This document shows positions 38,723 through 48,969 of a DNA stretch of 64,000 nt, one piece after another (within the stretch, counting starts at the first letter, position 1; each line of letters starts with the position of its first letter). The notes below the pieces were generated by a model, which did not search any database, was not told the DNA's origin, and saw only the letters and a program-made list of their open reading frames with translations. A program made the position numbers and the translations under genes. Source of the DNA: Candidatus Poribacteria bacterium (GTDB lineage Bacteria > Poribacteria > WGA-4E > UBA9662); NCBI GenBank assembly GCA_046582655.1, contig JAYGDX010000082.1, forward strand, positions 27,586-91,585, read 5' to 3'.

Positions 38723-39925
38723 ATGGCACTTCAAGTTATTGAACCGAAAATCAGAGGATTCATTTGCACGAACGCCCATCCAACAGGTTGCCTGAAAAAC
38801 GTTCGAAGTCAAATCGATCTGGCGAAAAAGGATATTGAATCAACAGAAAATACGCCGAACGTCCTTGTCATTGGTGCATCGACAGGATATGGACTGGCAT
38901 CCCGTATTGCGTTAACATGGGGATATGGGACAAATACAATCGGTATTTTTTTTGAGCGCCCACCAAGCGGTAATAAGACTGGTTCAACAGGCTATTATAA
39001 TTCTGCGGCATTCCACCAGATGGCTACACAAGATGGATTTACTGCCATCAGCATCAATGGTGATGCCTTTTCCGACCAAATTAAACAAAAAACAATTGAT
39101 GAAATCCAAGAACATTTTGGCCAAATAGATCTTGTCGTTTATAGCCTCGCCTCACCACGCCGAATTCATCCAAAAACAGGAATTGATCACCAATCTGTTT
39201 TGAAACCAGTTGGTGATTCATGCACAGAAAAAACGGTTGACCTAACCAACGAAAATATTATCGACATTACAATTCATCCTGCCACTGATGAAGAAATTGC
39301 AAATACAATCGCAGTAATGGGAGGTGAAGATCTTGAGTTTTGGATCGAGGCACTCCTATCGGAAAACTTACTTGCACCCCAAGCAAATATCGTCGCATAT
39401 TCCTACATAGGTCCCAAGATAACTGATCAAATATATTCTAGTGGCACAATCGGTTTAGCAAAAATAGATCTTGAGAAAAGGGTTAATACAATTGACACAA
39501 GGTTGTTGGATCAAATTAATGGCCATGCGTATTTATCAGTTAACAAAGCTGTCATATCTCAAGCATCGGCAGCAATTCCAATTGTTCCGCTTTATATTAG
39601 TATACTTAACCGAATCATGGATACTAAAGATCTGAATGAGAAACCGATTGATCAAATGATAAGACTTTTCTCAGAGTATCTAGGACCTAATTTAGTACCG
39701 ATAGTTGACGAAAATCGCCGTATTCGGATGGATGACCGAGAACTTAGATCCGATGTGGTTGCCGAAGTCAATGAAAAATGGAGCCTCGTCAATAACGAAA
39801 ATTTCCACGACCTTGCCGATTTTGAGGGTTATAAGCGAAGTTTTCGGAATCTATTTGGTTTTGAAGTTGAAGGTGTCGATTACGATCAACCGATTGAAAC
39901 CGAAGTTACCATCCCGCTTGTTTAA
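38723..39925 (+). CDS. fabV: Enoyl-ACP reductase FabV / trans-2-enoyl-CoA reductase
   Basis: IRGFICTNAHPTGC, VIGASTGYGLASR, YSLASPRR, YSYIGP and LFGF.V.GVDY motifs. Confidence 0.92.
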   Translation: MALQVIEPKIRGFICTNAHPTGCLKNVRSQIDLAKKDIESTENTPNVLVIGASTGYGLASRIALTWGYGTNTIGIFFERPPSGNKTGSTGYYNSAAFHQMATQDGFTAISINGDAFSDQIKQKTIDEIQEHFGQIDLVVYSLASPRRIHPKTGIDHQSVLKPVGDSCTEKTVDLTNENIIDITIHPATDEEIANTIAVMGGEDLEFWIEALLSENLLAPQANIVAYSYIGPKITDQIYSSGTIGLAKIDLEKRVNTIDTRLLDQINGHAYLSVNKAVISQASAAIPIVPLYISILNRIMDTKDLNEKPIDQMIRLFSEYLGPNLVPIVDENRRIRMDDRELRSDVVAEVNEKWSLVNNENFHDLADFEGYKRSFRNLFGFEVEGVDYDQPIETEVTIPLV

Positions 39926-40535
39926 GGAATTCCAATGCCATTAGTGTATGACCTGCTGCGTTTGGATGAATACCATCTCTCGTTGTCCACAGAAAATCCG
40001 GACGATCAGTGACGGCTTGTTTGAAGGATGCGCTAACCTGAACCAGACGAGCGTTGAACTCATCCGCCAATCTATGGATAATTTCATTATATTCAAGGAT
40101 CGCCAAAGTGCGCGGCTCCCGGACATCTTCAGCTATGTAGAAGATTTCGAACATAAAAATCCCATTTAACTCTAATTCTTGACCAGAGCGAGTGAGAATC
40201 TGACGGTAAGAATTTTCCCATTTCGGCAAATATTCTTCGCTTGGTTCAGTTTGGCGTGCTGCATTGTTGATTCCAATTTTAATTGAAAGCCAATCCGGCT
40301 TTTCAGAAATTACGTCCTCGCTCCAACGATTTTCTAATCCCTCTACAATATCGCCCCCAATTCCCTGATTGACATAATCAATATGATGACTAGGATACTT
40401 GGCCGTAATTAGCTCAGTTATTTTTCGGACGTAACCATGTCCTAATTTTTCTTCATCTTGTCGCCGTCCGCAATCAGTAATGCTATCGCCAATAAATAGC
40501 ACTTTTTTATTCGATCTGAAAATTAAATCCTCCAT
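39906..40535 (-). CDS. SGNH/GDSL hydrolase
   Basis: FIGDSITD, NQGIGG, IGINN and DGIHP motifs. Confidence 0.92.
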   Translation of the reverse strand: MEDLIFRSNKKVLFIGDSITDCGRRQDEEKLGHGYVRKITELITAKYPSHHIDYVNQGIGGDIVEGLENRWSEDVISEKPDWLSIKIGINNAARQTEPSEEYLPKWENSYRQILTRSGQELELNGIFMFEIFYIAEDVREPRTLAILEYNEIIHRLADEFNARLVQVSASFKQAVTDRPDFLWTTRDGIHPNAAGHTLMALEFLKQAGW

Positions 40536-40841
40536 AATAATCCCTTTCTATTCAGTAGCATAAAAACATTTCACATTAGGATAAGATTAGTTGCCTCTCT
40601 CTCAGAAACGATCCAGGGTTTTAATTCAAGGGTGAGGTTTTGATCTAATCAGCACCCCAATGTTCTATTTTTGCCCACACATTTTGTCAGGCAAAAATAA
40701 ATACCAACAAAAAAATTAATTGTTACAGATTAAAGCATTTTAGAACTAAATCATGAGATTTTACAGTACTTATCCGGTTTCGTCAACCTTCTCCCACAAA
40801 GCACTTGATCAGAAAATCTCAGTAGGATAAAATATGGACAT

Positions 40842-41453
40842 ATGAGACAAGGTACGGTTCTTGAAACAGCCAAGGCTACAATCCAGTCTGAAATCGATGC
40901 TCTGGAAAATTTACTCCAATCGATTGATGAAAACTTCGAGAAAGCTGTGGATCTCATCAGGTGTACGCCTGGGCGTGTCGTAGTCGTAATAACGGGTGTT
41001 GGAAAATCAGGTCATATTGGGAAAAAGATTGCCGCGACGTTAGCAAGTCTTGGGACACCAGCATCTTTTGTTCACGCAACTGAAGGTGTTCATGGCGACT
41101 TAGGGATGATTACCCCCGAAGATATTGTCATTGCTATCTCAAACAGTGGCACGACGCGAGAAACACTTGATCTCATAGTGCCAATTCGTCAGATTGGTGC
41201 TAAGTTGGTTGCCTTGACGAGTCGATCAGATTCGGAATTGGCAAGACAAGCCGATCTAGTTTTAAATATTGGAGTCCTGACAGAAGCAGACCCCCTCGGT
41301 CTGGCTCCCACAAATAGTACCACAGCGACACTCGCACTAGGAGATGCCTTAGCTATCACGCTGTCAGTCAACAAAAAATCCACCCGTGAGGACTTTGGGA
41401 AATTCCATCCAGGTGGCAGCTTGGGTGAAAAATTACAAGAGGAACAAAAATGA
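40842..41453 (+). CDS. KpsF/GutQ-type arabinose-5-phosphate isomerase, SIS domain only
   Basis: [33 protein letters not shown] and FHPGGSLG motifs; ends before the CBS domains. Confidence 0.88.
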   Translation: MRQGTVLETAKATIQSEIDALENLLQSIDENFEKAVDLIRCTPGRVVVVITGVGKSGHIGKKIAATLASLGTPASFVHATEGVHGDLGMITPEDIVIAISNSGTTRETLDLIVPIRQIGAKLVALTSRSDSELARQADLVLNIGVLTEADPLGLAPTNSTTATLALGDALAITLSVNKKSTREDFGKFHPGGSLGEKLQEEQK

Positions 41454-42460
41454 TAAAAGCCGCAATCGAAAAAGTGGTGGGTGGTGATAATTTAAACGAA
41501 GCAGAAATGCTGGGGACGATGGGTCAAATTATGAGTGGCGATGCAACCCCCGCTCAAATAGGTAGCTTTGTTACTGCACTAAGATTGAAAGGCGAAACCA
41601 TTGATGAAATTACCGGAGCGGCGCGAATTATGCGCGAAAAAGCCACAAAAATTGAGACCGAACACAATCTCGTTGTCGATACATGTGGCACTGGAGGGGA
41701 TGGTTCTCATACCTTTAACATTTCAACTACTGCGGCATTTGTGGTAGCAGGAGCTGGTGTTCCAGTTGCTAAACACGGAAACAGATCAGTTTCAAGTAAT
41801 TCTGGCAGTGCAGACGTATTAAAAGCGCTTGGTGTCAACATTGAAATTTCACCCGACATTGTGGGAAAATGCATTGATGAGATAGGTATCGGGTTCCTCT
41901 TTGCTCCAGCGCTTCATAGTGCAATGAAGCATGCAATTGGTCCTCGACGTGAAATTGGCATTCGTACTATTTTTAATGTACTTGGTCCACTTACCAACCC
42001 AGCAGGAGCAAAGGCACAAGTGATCGGCGTTTACGATCCAAATTTGACTGAACCGCTAGCTAATGTGTTGAAAAATCTTGGGACCCAATCGGCATTCGTG
42101 GTTCACGGAGATGATGGCCTAGACGAAATAACGACAACAACCACCACCCAAGTATCGCAACTCGCTTATGGCAACGTAATCAATTACACTATTGATCCCA
42201 CTGAATTCGGTATACCAAACGCAGATCCATCCGATCTTGTTGGTGATACTCCCGAAACGAATGCAGAGATCACCCATCATATCCTCAATGGAGAAAAGGG
42301 TCCAAAGCGTGATATCACCCTAATCAACGCAGCTGCAGCTATCGTTGCTGGTGGGAAGTCCTCAAACATACAAAGTGGTTTGGAAACCGCTGCCAGTGCA
42401 ATTGATTCCGGTAAAGCGTTAGAAAAACTCAACGCCTTAATTGACATGACAAACCAATAA
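41450..42460 (+). CDS. trpD: Anthranilate phosphoribosyltransferase
   Basis: [36 protein letters not shown] and GLDE motifs. Confidence 0.96.
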   Translation: MIKAAIEKVVGGDNLNEAEMLGTMGQIMSGDATPAQIGSFVTALRLKGETIDEITGAARIMREKATKIETEHNLVVDTCGTGGDGSHTFNISTTAAFVVAGAGVPVAKHGNRSVSSNSGSADVLKALGVNIEISPDIVGKCIDEIGIGFLFAPALHSAMKHAIGPRREIGIRTIFNVLGPLTNPAGAKAQVIGVYDPNLTEPLANVLKNLGTQSAFVVHGDDGLDEITTTTTTQVSQLAYGNVINYTIDPTEFGIPNADPSDLVGDTPETNAEITHHILNGEKGPKRDITLINAAAAIVAGGKSSNIQSGLETAASAIDSGKALEKLNALIDMTNQ

Positions 42461-42536
42461 GCATTGTTGATAAAAATTCAATAACAAATTAATTTATCCT
42501 TAAGAAAAATGGAGAAAATACCAAGGAGTTATAGAG

Positions 42537-44114
42537 ATGGCAACACACAATGTACAACCTGTTTTGATCAATGGTGCTTGGAGAGAATCAGCTTCCGTCA
42601 GCACATTTGAACCAGTCAATCCACTAACAAAAGAACCAACCAGTGAGATCTATCCAGTCAGCTCGATTAAGGATATAGAAACAGCTATTGAACATGCCGC
42701 AGAAGCATCTGAGGATTTACTCAATGTTGAACCGAATACAATTGCAGATTTTCTAGAATGCTACGCCGACCGAATTGAAGCGCGGCGATCTGAATTCGTC
42801 GATATGGCCCATATCGAAACTGCCTATCCGAAGGAAACTCGTCTCGACGGTATCGAATTACCACGGACAACCAACCAACTGCGGCAAGCTGCCAATGCTA
42901 CACGTAATCGATCTTGGACGTATCCGACTATTGACACACAAGCAAATGTTAGATCGATGTACGCAGCACTTGAGGGAGGTGTCGTGGTTTTCGGCCCCAA
43001 CAACTTCCCGTTTGCGTTTGGTAGCATCTCCGGTGGAGATTTCGCTGCCGCCATTGCGGCGGGGAATCCAGTAATTGCCAAAGCTAATTCTTCACATCCA
43101 GGAACCACTCGGCTATTTGCAGAAGAGGCTTTAGAAGCAGCACAAGGTTTGGATCTACCAACTAGCATGGTACAGCTGATCTACCGAACCCCTCACGATA
43201 TCGGAGAGCGACTTGTCTCTCATCCACTGGTTGGAGCAACCGGTTATACCGGATCTCGCAGTGCTGGTTTAGTCCTCAAAAATGCGGCTGATCAGGCGGG
43301 TAAGCCAATCTATCTAGAACTCAGCAGTATTAACCCCGTTGTCATCTTTCCGGGCGCCTTGCAAGAACGAGGACCTGAGATCGCGGAAGAATTCGTTAGC
43401 TCCTGTCTGCTTGGTACAGGACAGTTTTGTACTAACCCCGGTTTGGTGATTCTTCAAAAGGATGCAGACACGGATCTATTTATCCAAAGTGTCAGCCAAC
43501 AATTTGGAGATGCGCCCGTCGGGACCCTTTTAGGGGAAAGTGTAGAAAAAGGGATAGTCGCAGGTGTTCGGGCTTTGCAAGATGCCGGGGCTGAGTTATT
43601 GGTGGGTGGAGAATCTGGCGGAGGGACTGGATTTTGCCACCAAAACACGCTATTTCAGGTAACAGGGGCACAGTTTTTGGCTCAGGCGGAAACATTGCAG
43701 GAGGAAGCCTTTGGCAATGAGAGTCTCCTAATTTTGGTGGACGATCTAGATCAGACCCAGCAGATTTTAAGATCTTTGGAAGGCAACTTGACGGGAACCA
43801 TCTATTCAGCCAACAACGGAGCAGACGATGCCACTTATAATCAAGTTGCTCACATCTTGCGTCGTAAAGTCGGTCGGCTGATTAATGACAAAATGCCAAC
43901 GGGTGTGGCGGTCAGCCCAGCCATGAATCACGGAGGCCCATTCCCAGCGACAGGCCATCCTGGTTTCACCGCAGTCGGTATTCCTGCAGCCATTACCCGT
44001 TTTTCCCAGCTACAGTGTTTTGACAATGTTAGTCCCAACCGCTTACCAGCAGAACTTCAGGACGAGAACCCGCTTGGCATTTGGCGCTGTGTCGATGAAA
44101 AGTGGACCAACTAG
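42537..44114 (+). CDS. NADP-dependent aldehyde dehydrogenase (alpha-ketoglutaric semialdehyde dehydrogenase-like)
   Basis: FGPNNFPFAF, YTGS, ELSSINP, GQFCTNPG, EEAFG and MNHGGPFPAT motifs. Confidence 0.9.
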   Translation: MATHNVQPVLINGAWRESASVSTFEPVNPLTKEPTSEIYPVSSIKDIETAIEHAAEASEDLLNVEPNTIADFLECYADRIEARRSEFVDMAHIETAYPKETRLDGIELPRTTNQLRQAANATRNRSWTYPTIDTQANVRSMYAALEGGVVVFGPNNFPFAFGSISGGDFAAAIAAGNPVIAKANSSHPGTTRLFAEEALEAAQGLDLPTSMVQLIYRTPHDIGERLVSHPLVGATGYTGSRSAGLVLKNAADQAGKPIYLELSSINPVVIFPGALQERGPEIAEEFVSSCLLGTGQFCTNPGLVILQKDADTDLFIQSVSQQFGDAPVGTLLGESVEKGIVAGVRALQDAGAELLVGGESGGGTGFCHQNTLFQVTGAQFLAQAETLQEEAFGNESLLILVDDLDQTQQILRSLEGNLTGTIYSANNGADDATYNQVAHILRRKVGRLINDKMPTGVAVSPAMNHGGPFPATGHPGFTAVGIPAAITRFSQLQCFDNVSPNRLPAELQDENPLGIWRCVDEKWTN

Positions 44115-44651
44115 ATCTACTGATCCAGGAGCAACCAAAGACCAAGTGTCAGACTAGAGAAGCTGTCATACAATGCACAAAGGTAATGCTATCGAGGATA
44201 ATTTGTACGCTGCGATTGACACCACCACCTTATTTTATTCGAAATGCCTAGTTAGTATGTTGGCTCTGGGTCAACGAAAATAGCCAAATACTCAACCACA
44301 CTCGCAACAATGTTTCTTATAAGACAACTTCGGCAAGATATAAGTCACCAAGTTGATAACGAATCAGCGATACTAACTGTTGTTCGTGATGACGGATCAA
44401 CTCAGAAAATACAAGTTCATTGCCCTTGGTACTCAGTTGAATCAACTGAACCAACTTGTCATCACCTATTTTTTTACCTTTTCCATCCAACAATCAAAAA
44501 GTTTCTTATTTTATAAGAGCGATTGTATAGAGAAAAAGGTTCAGCTAAAATCACTTTTTGGATATTTCCGGCCAGTAGTTTCTAAAACTGCTACGAAGAA
44601 GAAACGGGAAACTGATCGCTTAGTTGGTTTACTAGTCGATAATTTCATACA

Positions 44652-44946
44652 ACACCAGTTGGTACACTGCTTAGCACCGGAGTCGAAAAAAATTACCATC
44701 GAAAATGCTAAAGATAATACTCTGAAGAAAACTTAACCAGTACAATCCACAGCGGTAGAAATAGATCAGATAATAACTTCCACGATTACCGGTACCAATA
44801 TTGCAAAAGACGATTAACAGGCTACTTTAATGATAAGATGCCAGCCGGTATTTCTGTCAGTCCTACTATGAATCACGGAGACTCCTACCCAACCACAATT
44901 CATTCAGGATTTACGGCAGTCGCCCCCAACACCAGTTGTCCGATTT
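44652..44946 (+). pseudogene. Eroded copy of the 3' part of the neighbouring aldehyde dehydrogenase
   Basis: Fragments TPVGTLLSTGVEK, ENLTSTIHS and NDKMPAGISVSPTMNHGDSYPTTIHSGFTAV mirror the intact gene. Confidence 0.75.
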
Positions 44947-45017
44947 AACCCCCATTGAATTTAGGAACAAAAACCGAACTAACACCTTATGCCAGTATGT
45001 TGACAGCCTCTAGACAT

Positions 45018-45053
45018 AAAAAAGTGCCGAAAGCCAATATGACTTTCGGCACT
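45018..45053 (-). terminator. Intrinsic terminator after rplL
   Basis: Perfect stem AGTGCCGAAAG/CTTTCGGCACT with a 9-nt loop, followed on the minus strand by a T-run. Confidence 0.85.
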
Positions 45054-45073
45054 GATCTTACCATCTAGTTAGT

Positions 45074-45466
45074 CTACAGAATTTCGACAACTGCGCCAAC
45101 AGCTTCAAGCTTCTCTTTTACTTCGTCCGCCTCTTCCTGACTGACGCCTTCTTTCACAACAGTTGGAGCTTCTTCAACCGCAGCTTTGGCTTCTTTAAGA
45201 CCAAGTCCAGTGATGGCACGAACTTCCTTGATTACCTTAATTTTCTGATCACCCATTTCTTTAAGCTGGACATCAAACGAAGTCTTTTCTTCAACAACAG
45301 TTTCTTCGGCTTCCCCCTCAGCAGCAACTGCTGGCATCATACCTGCAGCCATCACTGGGGCAGCCGCACTAACATCAAATTTTTCTTCAAGGGACTTCAC
45401 TAGCTCCGAGAGTTCTAACACTGTCATATTGCCAATTTCGTCGATTAGCTTTTCAATATCAGCCAT
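45074..45466 (-). CDS. rplL: 50S ribosomal protein L7/L12
   Basis: [18 protein letters not shown] and [20 protein letters not shown]. Confidence 0.98.
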   Translation of the reverse strand: MADIEKLIDEIGNMTVLELSELVKSLEEKFDVSAAAPVMAAGMMPAVAAEGEAEETVVEEKTSFDVQLKEMGDQKIKVIKEVRAITGLGLKEAKAAVEEAPTVVKEGVSQEEADEVKEKLEAVGAVVEIL

Positions 45467-45523
45467 TTTCCTGTTCTCCTTATTAATAGTTTATAAATGG
45501 TAAACTAAACCAAAACACATAGT

Positions 45524-46090
45524 TTAAGTTTCTTCTGGGTTTTCTTTTAAATCTGCAATTGCCTGAATCACATTCGAAAATTGTCGAATTGTTCCACTTA
45601 GCACGTTTGCAAGACCTGATACTGGATTACCTAATTTTAAGACATATATCAAACCGTATATTGGCGCGTTCAATCCACTAACAACCTGTGCTAGCAGTTG
45701 GCTTTTAGATGGCATATTCACTAAAGATGCTGACATTTCTGCATCGATTACTCGATTATCAAGAATCCCTCCTTTAATCTTCAGATTCTCATGTTCTTCA
45801 CCAAATTCTAGTAGCACCTTCGCTATAGCCACAGGATTATCAGCCATAGCAATTGCGGTCGATCCATACAGGTAGGGCTCTAACCCTTCAATTCCTAAAT
45901 CACCTGCAGCCACAGCAATCAACCTATTTTTGAAGACTTTGTAGCGAACATCCGCTTGACGAAGCTTTTCGCGTAACTCGCCAATTTCAGAAACACTTAG
46001 TCCCTGAAAATCTGTCAGTATCACAACCTCGTTATTTTCAAGCTGTTCTCGAATTAATTTAACCTGTTCAATATTTTTCTGATTCGGCAT
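45524..46090 (-). CDS. rplJ: 50S ribosomal protein L10
   Basis: DFQGLSV, LREKLR, VFKNRL and IKGG motifs; position before rplL; GAGGAG RBS before ATG 46090. Confidence 0.96.
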   Translation of the reverse strand: MPNQKNIEQVKLIREQLENNEVVILTDFQGLSVSEIGELREKLRQADVRYKVFKNRLIAVAAGDLGIEGLEPYLYGSTAIAMADNPVAIAKVLLEFGEEHENLKIKGGILDNRVIDAEMSASLVNMPSKSQLLAQVVSGLNAPIYGLIYVLKLGNPVSGLANVLSGTIRQFSNVIQAIADLKENPEET

Positions 46091-46115
46091 ATATGTCTCC
46101 TCTTCCAACTACACA

Positions 46116-46230
46116 ATAAAAAAAGCCTCCAGTCAGCAGGAGGCAAAATTCCGATATCATATATGGAATCCAAACCCATCTCAGCAGGCAATAAAATTTA
46201 AGCAAATGCACCTGCCATCTACGACTGGCC
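46116..46230 (-). promoter_or_regulatory. Ribosomal protein L10 leader with terminator-like hairpin
   Basis: Minus strand GTAGATGGCAGG...TTAA...CCTGCTGAG resembles the L10 leader; then a GCCTCC/GGAGGC hairpin plus T7 before rplJ. Confidence 0.75.
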
Positions 46231-46267
46231 TGAGAATATATTCAATTTTTTATTTTCTTGTATTTCG

Positions 46268-46981
46268 CTACCCAACTTCACCTAAAACAAACTGCGACGG
46301 TTCTAAGCGAATACCAACACCCATCGTTGATGAAATAGCCACACTCTTAACATATCTTCCTTTTGCCGTAGCTGGCCGAGCTTTAATTAACGCTGACATA
46401 ACCTCATTTACGTTATCCTTAATTTGGTTGTCATCAAACGAGATCTTGCCAACCAATACGTGAACAACACCTGATTCCTTTTCAAGACGGTATTCAATTT
46501 GTCCCGCTTTTACATCGCGGACAGCGTCACCCACCTTTTCCGTAACAGTACCGGATTTTGCATTCGGCATAAGTCCACGAGGCCCCAGAATTCTTCCTAA
46601 CTTCGGCATAATCTCTCTCACCAAACTAGGATGAGCAATGGCTGAATCAAATTCAAACCAACCACCAGTGATTTTTTCAACCAGTTCATCTACCCCAACA
46701 AAGTCCGCGCCAGCCTCTTCAGCTTCCTGAGCGGCTGATCCCTCAGCAAAAACAACCACACGCACCTGCTTTCCAGTGCCATGTGGAAGAGCAACCGTAC
46801 CCCGAATATTCTGATCCGCTTGACGCGAATCCAACCCCAACCGGGTAGCTAAGTCAACTGTTTCATCAAACTTCATACCAGCTGTTTTTTTTAGTAATAA
46901 AATCCCTTCATCAAGCTCATATCGCTTGGATTGATCAACAAGCTCAAAAGCTTTTTGATATCTCTTCGTTCTTTTCGCCAT
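46268..46981 (-). CDS. rplA: 50S ribosomal protein L1
   Basis: [27 protein letters not shown] and SSTMG motifs. Confidence 0.98.
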   Translation of the reverse strand: MAKRTKRYQKAFELVDQSKRYELDEGILLLKKTAGMKFDETVDLATRLGLDSRQADQNIRGTVALPHGTGKQVRVVVFAEGSAAQEAEEAGADFVGVDELVEKITGGWFEFDSAIAHPSLVREIMPKLGRILGPRGLMPNAKSGTVTEKVGDAVRDVKAGQIEYRLEKESGVVHVLVGKISFDDNQIKDNVNEVMSALIKARPATAKGRYVKSVAISSTMGVGIRLEPSQFVLGEVG

Positions 46982-46993
46982 AATAATGCTCCT

Positions 46994-47416
46994 TTACTGT
47001 ACAACAATACCCATGCTACGCGCTGTACCAGCAACCATGCGCATTGCCGATTCAATGTCGTTCGTATTTAAGTCAGGCAATTTAATTTGAGCAATTTCTT
47101 TAACCTGTTCTCTATTAATAGTAGCAACTTTTTCTCGGTTTGGTTCCCCAGAAGCTTTGGCCAGCTGCGCTGCTTGCTTCAAGAGTACAGAGGCAGGTGG
47201 AGATTTAACCTCAAATTCATAGGAACGATCTTCAAAGCACGTAATGACAGTCGTAACCACAAGCCCCATCTGATCTTGAGTTTTAGCATTGAAAGCTTTA
47301 ATAAATTCAGGAATGTTAATCATGTATGGAGCCAAACTCGGACCGACAGGAGGATTCGGCGTCGCTTGCCCAGAAACCACCTGAAGTTTAACCATTCCAG
47401 CAACTATTTTCGCCAT
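46994..47416 (-). CDS. rplK: 50S ribosomal protein L11
   Basis: GQATPNPPVGP, FNAKT and AGTARSMG motifs. Confidence 0.98.
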   Translation of the reverse strand: MAKIVAGMVKLQVVSGQATPNPPVGPSLAPYMINIPEFIKAFNAKTQDQMGLVVTTVITCFEDRSYEFEVKSPPASVLLKQAAQLAKASGEPNREKVATINREQVKEIAQIKLPDLNTNDIESAMRMVAGTARSMGIVVQ

Positions 47417-47452
47417 TTTTACGAATCTTTCGTTTTATTTGATTTTTTGAAT

Positions 47453-48052
47453 CTATATTTTTTCGACTTCTAGGAACTCGAGATCTATTGGTGTGGATCG
47501 ACCAAAAATCGAAATTGTTAAGTGTACACGCTGTCGCTCTCGATCCACCTCGTTGACTTCCGCCGGGAAACCTTTAAAAGGTCCTTCAATGACTCTAACT
47601 TGGTCACCTGAAATAAAATCAACCTCAAGAATAGGTTCCGGTCTCTCACCACCTGATGACAGATTTAAAACCTGATTGACTTCTTCTTCATTAAGAGGTA
47701 CAGGATTCGACGAAGATCCAATGAACCCCATGACACTTGGTGTTTCTTTAACCAATTGCCAACTTCGCAGTACATCAGGATTTTCAGAATTAGCCTTCAA
47801 TTCATCAGATGTTTGTATAAGAATATAACCTGGATAAGAAGGGCGCTCCACAACGCGACGCTTACCATTCCTGACCTCAGCAACTTCTTTGATAGGAACA
47901 ATAACCGTCAGAATTTGTTGATCAAGCCCCATAGCTCGAACACGCTTCTGAAGATTGATTTCTACCTTTTTTTCGTGTCCTGAGTAAATATGAACAATAT
48001 ACCAGAAACCTGTCGTAGCGTCAGGTGTAGCGTCAGGTGTAGCGTCAGTCAT
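47453..48052 (-). CDS. nusG: Transcription factor NusG
   Basis: WYIVHIYSGHEKKV, YPGYI, KOW motif GDQVRVIEGPF and IFGRSTP. Confidence 0.97.
   Translation of the reverse strand: MTDATPDATPDATTGFWYIVHIYSGHEKKVEINLQKRVRAMGLDQQILTVIVPIKEVAEVRNGKRRVVERPSYPGYILIQTSDELKANSENPDVLRSWQLVKETPSVMGFIGSSSNPVPLNEEEVNQVLNLSSGGERPEPILEVDFISGDQVRVIEGPFKGFPAEVNEVDRERQRVHLTISIFGRSTPIDLEFLEVEKI
48015..48048. repeat. 12-bp tandem repeat (about 3 copies) at the 5' end of nusG
   Basis: GTAGCGTCAG(GT) three times, encoding TDATPDATPDAT. Confidence 0.9.
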
Positions 48053-48065
48053 TAGGATAATCCTC

Positions 48066-48458
48066 TTACTTCAAAAACAATTGGCGAATCCAAGCAATAC
48101 CGAAACCAGAGACAGGATCGCTTGGTGCGACGATGTAGTGGAGGGCCAACACAAGCAATAACGGAGCGAGCGAAACTGGAATTACAACCTCCCATCTTGA
48201 TGTGAACCTCCTCGCAAACCACAATAGAGCTATCACTAGCACCAATAGAAATATCAAGCCTGGCCCAAATATTGTATCCGGGGCTGACCATATTGGATAA
48301 TCCTGATTTCCATCAATTATCCAAAGATAAATTCCCAGGATTAAGGTTGCCACAACAACAACAAGCGTATTTGCTTTAACCTGCTTCCAATCTGGTTTGG
48401 AAACCTTATCCCACTCTAGTAGAATACCTTTTACATATTTTTTTATACGAGCTATCAT
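48066..48458 (-). CDS. secE: Preprotein translocase SecE, extended
   Basis: EWDKVSKP matches the E..KV.WP motif and is followed by a TM ending WIID. Lies between tRNA-Trp and nusG. Confidence 0.85.
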   Translation of the reverse strand: MIARIKKYVKGILLEWDKVSKPDWKQVKANTLVVVVATLILGIYLWIIDGNQDYPIWSAPDTIFGPGLIFLLVLVIALLWFARRFTSRWEVVIPVSLAPLLLVLALHYIVAPSDPVSGFGIAWIRQLFLK

Positions 48459-48486
48459 ACACACCAAACTTTCAGCAAAAACAAGG

Positions 48487-48561
48487 CAGGCCATGAGGGA
48501 TTCGAACCCCCGACTTTCGGTTTTGGAGACCGACGCTCTAACCAGACTGAGCTAATGGCCT
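48487..48561 (-). tRNA. tRNA-Trp (CCA)
   Basis: AGGCCAT acceptor stem, anticodon loop CTCCAAA, GTTCGAATCC T-loop. Confidence 0.95.
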
Positions 48562-48610
48562 ACTATAAGATGAAATTAACGTGCTTAAATTTAAAACGAC
48601 TCAAATGCAA

Positions 48611-48683
48611 AGCCGACGACCGGGATTGAACCGGTGACCTCATCATTACCAATGATGTGCTCTACCTACTGAGCTACGTCGGC
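48611..48683 (-). tRNA. tRNA-Thr (GGT)
   Basis: GCCGACG acceptor, anticodon loop TTGGTAA, GGTTCAATCC. Confidence 0.95.
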
Positions 48684-48696
48684 ATTTCAAACCCAA

Positions 48697-48769
48697 AGCG
48701 GGAGACGGGGCTCGAACCCGCTACCATCTGCTTGGAAGGCAGAGGCTCTACCAAATGAGCTACTCCCGC
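48697..48769 (-). tRNA. tRNA-Gly (TCC)
   Basis: GCGGGAG acceptor, anticodon loop CTTCCAA, GGTTCGAGCC. Confidence 0.95.
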
Positions 48770-48775
48770 AAAAAA

Positions 48776-48861
48776 TGGTGGGGAGAGACGGATTCGAACC
48801 GCCGAACCCTGAGGGAACAGATTTACAGTCTGCCGCGTTTGGCCAGCTTCGCTATCTCCCC
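48776..48861 (-). tRNA. tRNA-Tyr (GTA)
   Basis: GGGGAGA acceptor, anticodon loop CTGTAAA, long variable arm, encoded CCA. Confidence 0.95.
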
Positions 48862-48872
48862 ATCCGACGAAC

Positions 48873-48948
48873 TGGAGCTGACGAGAGGACTTGAACCTCC
48901 AACCTAGTGATTACAAATCACTTGCTCTGCCGATTGAGCTACGCCAGC
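48873..48948 (-). tRNA. tRNA-Thr (TGT)
   Basis: GCTGGCG acceptor, anticodon loop TTTGTAA, encoded CCA. Confidence 0.95.
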
Positions 48949-48969
48949 CTATAATACAGACGAGCTAGA

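Noticed and set aside
44200..44516. Fragments faintly resembling aconitase (PPPYF, VGSGS, VVRDDGSTQKIQVHC)
   Set aside because: Matches are short, in different frames and wrongly spaced; could be chance.
48459..48494. Longer secE start given by the ORF track
   Set aside because: It overlaps tRNA-Trp; ATG 48458 fits better.
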